Origin: an uncultured Fibrobacteria bacterium
GTDB taxonomy: Bacteria; Fibrobacterota; Fibrobacteria; UBA11236
Reading direction: 5' to 3'
Assembly: GCA_963716395.1 (NCBI GenBank)
Contig: OY970309.1
Location: 2,528,001-2,592,000 of the forward strand
Length of the DNA stretch: 64,000 nt
How positions within the stretch are numbered: the stretch's first letter is position 1; the number at the start of each line of letters is the position of its first letter. The translations under genes were made by a program, and so were the position numbers. Of the stretch, positions 59,559-64,000 are shown in pieces. Under the pieces are notes generated by a model that saw only the letters and a list, made by a program, of their open reading frames with translations, did not search any database and was not told the DNA's origin.

Positions 59559-60542
59559 TCACCAATTGCCGGGCTGCCAGACGCTGCGCAGCCAGGCATG
59601 TTTGTGAAGTTTGCGCAATAATGCTTCCGGTAACCGCGGCAGGTCGGAAACGGCGGTGTTCGCTTCGGCCTGCGCCGCATTGCGGATGCCCGGAATCACG
59701 GTCGACACCGCCGGATGCGCCAGGGCAAAGCCGATAGCGGCCTGGGGCAAGGTATAGCCGCTGCCGTCGAGGTCTTTTTGCAGGGCGCGGACGCGCGCCA
59801 CGGTGCGGGTCAAACGGTCGCCGCGAAAATACTCGTTGCGGAAATCGCCCGCGGGAAAGCGGGTTTCCTCGGTGAACTTGCCGGTCAGCGAACCTTCATC
59901 GAAGACCACGCGCACGATGATGCCCACGCCGGTTTCCGCGGCCGCGGGCAACAGTTCGGAGGCCGGCTCCTGTTCGAAAATGTTGTAGATAACCTGCACG
60001 ACGTCGACAAAACCCTTGCGCATCAAATCGAGGACGCAGTTTTGATCCTGCTCCGGGGTCGAAACACCCACCGCGCGGATTTTTCCCTGCTTCTTCAGCT
60101 TGACCAAGGTTTCCAGCGGAGCGGGGTTTTTGTTCCAGGCGCGGGTCCAGGTGTGCAATTGCAGCAGGTCGATACAATCGACGCCGAGATTGCGCAACCG
60201 TTCCTCGACGTTTTCGCGCAGGTATTCGGCCGGATAATTCACGTGCATGTCGTCGTAGGGCGAGGGCGGCCAGTTCTCGCCGGCCTGCGGCGGAGTTTTG
60301 GTGGCCACGAAAATTTTCTCCCGGCGCAGGCGCAGAAATTTTCCGATCACGCGTTCGCTGGTCCCGCGACCGTACACCTGCGCCGTGTCGATGAAGTTCA
60401 CGCCCAGATCCGCGGCGCGATGCAAGGCCGCCAGCGAATCTTCTTCGCTTTGCCCGCCCCAGCTCGAGCCGCCCAGGGCCCAGGCTCCGAAGCCGATTTC
60501 CGACACCCGCATTCCGGTTTTACCGAGTTCCCGATATTGCAT
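59559..60542 (-). CDS. Aldo/keto reductase
   Basis: [47 protein letters not shown]. Confidence 0.93.
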   Translation of the reverse strand: MQYRELGKTGMRVSEIGFGAWALGGSSWGGQSEEDSLAALHRAADLGVNFIDTAQVYGRGTSERVIGKFLRLRREKIFVATKTPPQAGENWPPSPYDDMHVNYPAEYLRENVEERLRNLGVDCIDLLQLHTWTRAWNKNPAPLETLVKLKKQGKIRAVGVSTPEQDQNCVLDLMRKGFVDVVQVIYNIFEQEPASELLPAAAETGVGIIVRVVFDEGSLTGKFTEETRFPAGDFRNEYFRGDRLTRTVARVRALQKDLDGSGYTLPQAAIGFALAHPAVSTVIPGIRNAAQAEANTAVSDLPRLPEALLRKLHKHAWLRSVWQPGNW

Positions 60543-60689
60543 GACGATACCCCTCCCGTCCTGGAAAAGGAAAAATTAATTGCGTGCGGACCGATGCACG
60601 CAGATAGGAATGAAGTCGCTCTCCGCTCCGCCCGCAGCCGCGTCGGATTCCGCTTGCTAACTTTCATGCCCTGGCCAAGGACGGAGATC

Positions 60690-63209
60690 TTGCCGCGTTA
60701 CCACCCCAAAGAAATCGAGCCCAAGTGGCAGGAATACTGGCTGCGCCATAAAACCTTCCGGGCCGAAATGCGCCCGGGCCGGCCCAAGTTCTATTGCCTC
60801 GACATGTTTCCCTACCCGTCGGGCAACGGGTTGCATGTGGGCCACCCCGAAGGCTATACCGCCACCGACATCGTGTGCCGCTACAAACGGATGTGCGGCT
60901 TCAACGTCTTGCATCCCATGGGCTGGGATGCCTTCGGCTTGCCGGCCGAACAGCATGCCATCAAAACCGGCACGCATCCGGCCGTGACCACGCAAAAGAA
61001 CATCGACAATTTCCGCCGGCAAATCCGCTCCTTGGGTTTCAGCTACGACTGGGATCGCGAAATCAGCACCTGCGACCCGGCGTATTTCCAGTGGACGCAA
61101 TGGATTTTCAAGCAATTGTTTGAAAGCTGGTATGATGCCGAAACCGACAAGGCTCGCTCCATACGCGATTTGCCGCCGGCCGTGACGGCGCGAGGGTCTG
61201 CCGCCATGGCTGACTTTATTCGCGTGCACCGGCTGGCCTATATCGCCGAAGCTCCGGTGTGGTGGTGCCAGGAATTGGGCACGGTGCTGGCCAATGAAGA
61301 GGTGAGCGACGGCAAATCCGAACGCGGTGGACACCCGTGTGAACGCCGGCCCCTGCGCCAATGGGTGTTGCGCATCACGGCCTATGCCGAAAGGCTGTTG
61401 CGCGATCTCGACGGTCTGGATTGGCCCGAGCCCATCAAAATCATGCAGCGCCATTGGATTGGCCGCTCCGAAGGCGCCGAAGTCGATTTTCGCCTCGACG
61501 GGCGTTCTGAAGCCTTGCGCGTGTTCACCACCCGGCCCGACACTCTGTTCGGCGCCACTTTCATGGTGGTGGCGCCGGAGCATCCGTTGCTCGACGCGCT
61601 GACGATGCCGGAGCAGCGCGAGGCGGTCGCCGAGTACCGGCGGCAGGCCGGCGCCAAAAGCGATTTGGAGCGCGGCCTCGAACGCGAAAAAACCGGGGTG
61701 TTCACGGGCGGTTATGCCGTCAATCCCGTGAACGGCGCGCGCATTCCCGTATGGACCGCGGATTACGTCATGATGGGCTATGGCACCGGCGCCATCATGG
61801 CCGTGCCCGCGCATGACGAGCGCGACTACGCCTTTGCGCAAGCCATGCGCCTGCCCATCGTCGAGGTGATTTCCGGCGGCGACATCGCCCAAGCGGCTTA
61901 TATCGGCGACGGAACCTTGGTGAACTCGGATTTTCTCGACGGCCTGGGCGTAGACGCGGCCAAACAACGCATGATCGCTTGGCTGCAGGAAAAAGGCGCG
62001 GGCCAGGCGCGGGTGCAATACAAGTTGCGCGACTGGCTGTTCTCGCGGCAGCGCTATTGGGGCGAGCCATTTCCCATCGTGCATGGCGCCGACGGCCCCG
62101 AGGCCGTGCCCGATTCCGAATTGCCGGTGACCTTGCCCGACCTGGCCGATTATACGCCCACCGGAACCTTTGAACCGCCGCTGTCCAAGGCCACGGGCTG
62201 GGTCGATTACGCGCCGGGCAAAAGACGCGAACTCAACACCATGCCGCAATGGGCCGGGTCGAGCTGGTATTTCCTGCGCTTTCTCGACCCCCACAACGCG
62301 CAGGCGGCCTTCAGCCCCGAAGCCGAGCGCTACTGGATGCCGGTGGATTTGTACATCGGCGGCGCCGAACATGCGGTGCTGCATCTGCTGTACGCGCGCT
62401 TCTGGCACAAGGTGCTGTTCGATTTGGGGCATGTGTCCACGCCCGAGCCTTTTCACAAGCTGGTGAACCAAGGGTTGATTCTCGGCGAAGACGGCGAAAA
62501 GATGTCGAAGTCGCGCGGCAACGTCGTCAACCCCGACGAGGTGATCGACAGCCATGGCGCCGACGCCATGCGGCTGTACGAAATGTTCATGGGGCCGCTC
62601 GAACGGGTGAAGCCCTGGCAAACCGCGGGCATTGAGGGGTTGTGGCGCTTTCTCAACCGCGTCTGGCGCGTGACCGCCGGCGACGAGAAAGAAGCGGTGA
62701 CCGTCCGGGAGGACACGCCGCCCGAAGAGCTGCTGCGGGCCGCACATCGCTGCATCAAAAAAGTCACCGAAGATCTCGACGGCTTGCGATTCAACACCGC
62801 CATCTCCGCTATGATGGTCTTTGCCGGCGAGCTTTCCGCCGCGTTGGAGCGCGATGGGTTCGCCTACCGCGCGACGGCCGAAATCGCCATCAAGCTTCTG
62901 TCTCCCTTCGCCCCGCACATCGCCGAGGAGCTCTGGCAGACGCTCGGCCATGCGCAATCCCTGGCCTATGAGCCCTGGCCCGCCTGGGACGCGGACCGGG
63001 TGACGGAAAACGAGGTCGAGGTGGTGTTCCAGACCAACGGCAAGGTGCGCGCCCGCGCCCTGCTTCCCAAGGGGCTGGCGGCGGCCGATCTTGAAGCCCG
63101 TGCCCGGAGCCATGAGAAATTCGCCGCGCATCTGGTGGATCAAAACGTGATCAAGGTCATCGTCGTTCCCGATAAATTGGCGAATTTCGTGGTGCGTCCC
63201 AAGGGCTGA
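60690..63209 (+). CDS. leuS: Leucine--tRNA ligase
   Basis: [59 protein letters not shown]. Likely TTG start at 60690 (or ATG 60666). Confidence 0.96.
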   Translation: MPRYHPKEIEPKWQEYWLRHKTFRAEMRPGRPKFYCLDMFPYPSGNGLHVGHPEGYTATDIVCRYKRMCGFNVLHPMGWDAFGLPAEQHAIKTGTHPAVTTQKNIDNFRRQIRSLGFSYDWDREISTCDPAYFQWTQWIFKQLFESWYDAETDKARSIRDLPPAVTARGSAAMADFIRVHRLAYIAEAPVWWCQELGTVLANEEVSDGKSERGGHPCERRPLRQWVLRITAYAERLLRDLDGLDWPEPIKIMQRHWIGRSEGAEVDFRLDGRSEALRVFTTRPDTLFGATFMVVAPEHPLLDALTMPEQREAVAEYRRQAGAKSDLERGLEREKTGVFTGGYAVNPVNGARIPVWTADYVMMGYGTGAIMAVPAHDERDYAFAQAMRLPIVEVISGGDIAQAAYIGDGTLVNSDFLDGLGVDAAKQRMIAWLQEKGAGQARVQYKLRDWLFSRQRYWGEPFPIVHGADGPEAVPDSELPVTLPDLADYTPTGTFEPPLSKATGWVDYAPGKRRELNTMPQWAGSSWYFLRFLDPHNAQAAFSPEAERYWMPVDLYIGGAEHAVLHLLYARFWHKVLFDLGHVSTPEPFHKLVNQGLILGEDGEKMSKSRGNVVNPDEVIDSHGADAMRLYEMFMGPLERVKPWQTAGIEGLWRFLNRVWRVTAGDEKEAVTVREDTPPEELLRAAHRCIKKVTEDLDGLRFNTAISAMMVFAGELSAALERDGFAYRATAEIAIKLLSPFAPHIAEELWQTLGHAQSLAYEPWPAWDADRVTENEVEVVFQTNGKVRARALLPKGLAAADLEARARSHEKFAAHLVDQNVIKVIVVPDKLANFVVRPKG

Positions 63210-63404
63210 AGTTTCGCCCCCGGCGGTCCGACCCAGCGCTCGGGCCGGGGTATGGGAACTTGGGCTTAACTACAAAGTGAACGCAGAGCGCATCACCACG
63301 CTTCAAGGCGTGGATTCGTCGGGTTGATTTTCCTCTTCGCTCTTATTTTTACGGGTAAACCGGAGCCCAATCTCCGGGCCGTCACATCGCCAGGGGAGTA
63401 ATCC

Positions 63405-64000
63405 GTGGGCCGGTACTTGCATGCCTTCTTCGCGCACAACGGTTTCGCCGCCTTTTCCGGACGGGGTTTCTGGGCTCGTTGGTTCTGGCGCCGGATTTTA
63501 TTGCTTGGAGGAGCCGTCGCCGTTTGGGGTGGGGGAAGCGCCCTGGCCGCAGTGCCAGGCTTTTTTCCCGCGCCGAATGCCGTGGGTATTCCCGCCGACG
63601 CGCCTTTGCGGATTACGTTGCCGGGAAAAACCGCGTTGAATTATCACGGCCAATTGCAGGTTTTTGACGCGGCCACCGATCATGCTGTTTTCACCTTGAA
63701 CTTAAACCGATCCCAACCCGATTCCACCAATCCCGCCAATTGGCCGTTTCACGATTCCATCGCCGGGACTGCGGTGAACCAATGGCCCATGGTCATCGTC
63801 GATTCCGAGGCCTATATCTCCTTGCATTCCCATCCGTTGCAGTACGGGACCACCTACTATGTGCAAATGGATAGCGGCATGCTGGCCCTGCCTCCTGGAA
63901 CGACCTTTTCCGGCATTCACGACAAAACCACCTGGCGGTTCACCACCGCGCCGGCCCCCCAGAAAGGGTTGAGTGCCTACACCGTCGCGGCCGACGGCAG
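63405..64000 (+). CDS. Secreted protein with Ig-like domain, probably followed by a pectinesterase-like domain (3' truncated)
   Basis: Open frame from GTG 63405 (GGGGAG RBS) to window end; signal-like LLLGGAVAVWGGGSALA; FPAPNA, LQYGTTYYV, WRFTT; ends TVAADG. Confidence 0.65.
   Translation, partial: MGRYLHAFFAHNGFAAFSGRGFWARWFWRRILLLGGAVAVWGGGSALAAVPGFFPAPNAVGIPADAPLRITLPGKTALNYHGQLQVFDAATDHAVFTLNLNRSQPDSTNPANWPFHDSIAGTAVNQWPMVIVDSEAYISLHSHPLQYGTTYYVQMDSGMLALPPGTTFSGIHDKTTWRFTTAPAPQKGLSAYTVAADG

Noticed and set aside
59715-60689. Long N-terminal extension on LeuS (1164-aa ORF)
   Set aside because: Overlaps the minus-strand aldo/keto reductase; LeuS homology starts near 60690, which has an RBS

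Overview
GC-rich bacterial chromosome segment. A fused ccoNO, the TPR lipoprotein type and a secreted Ig-like/pectinesterase-like gene suggest the FCB group, possibly Fibrobacterota; this is inference only. After the 3' end of recG lies a ~25 kb co-directional extracellular contractile injection system (eCIS; Afp/PVC-like, DUF6519-fibre subtype, 1220-26401). It has one sheath, one tube, a chaperone, a DUF4255 cap, an AAA ATPase, tube initiator + LysM, hub, gpV-type spike, gp25, two baseplate-J proteins, a tail protein and a DUF6519 fibre. It ends in two DUF4157 candidate effectors: one with a second C-terminal HExxH (zincin-like), the other with a ~800-aa tape-measure-like helical region, a His-Me endonuclease and an HhH-like tail. 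There is no capsid, integrase, lysis cassette or T6SS membrane complex. The rest is housekeeping: a cbb3 oxidase cluster (ccoNO broken by three apparent 1-nt indels), an AKR, carB, TPR lipoprotein, rlpA, GT2, yceD-rpmF-plsX-fabH-fabD-fabG-acpP-rnc, a lipoyl ligase, an XPB helicase, an M16 pair, fabF, trmH, a DAHP synthase with a clear Phe/Tyr/Trp leader-peptide attenuator, a second AKR, leuS and a truncated Ig-like/pectinesterase-like gene. All calls come from motif recognition by eye; no searches were run.
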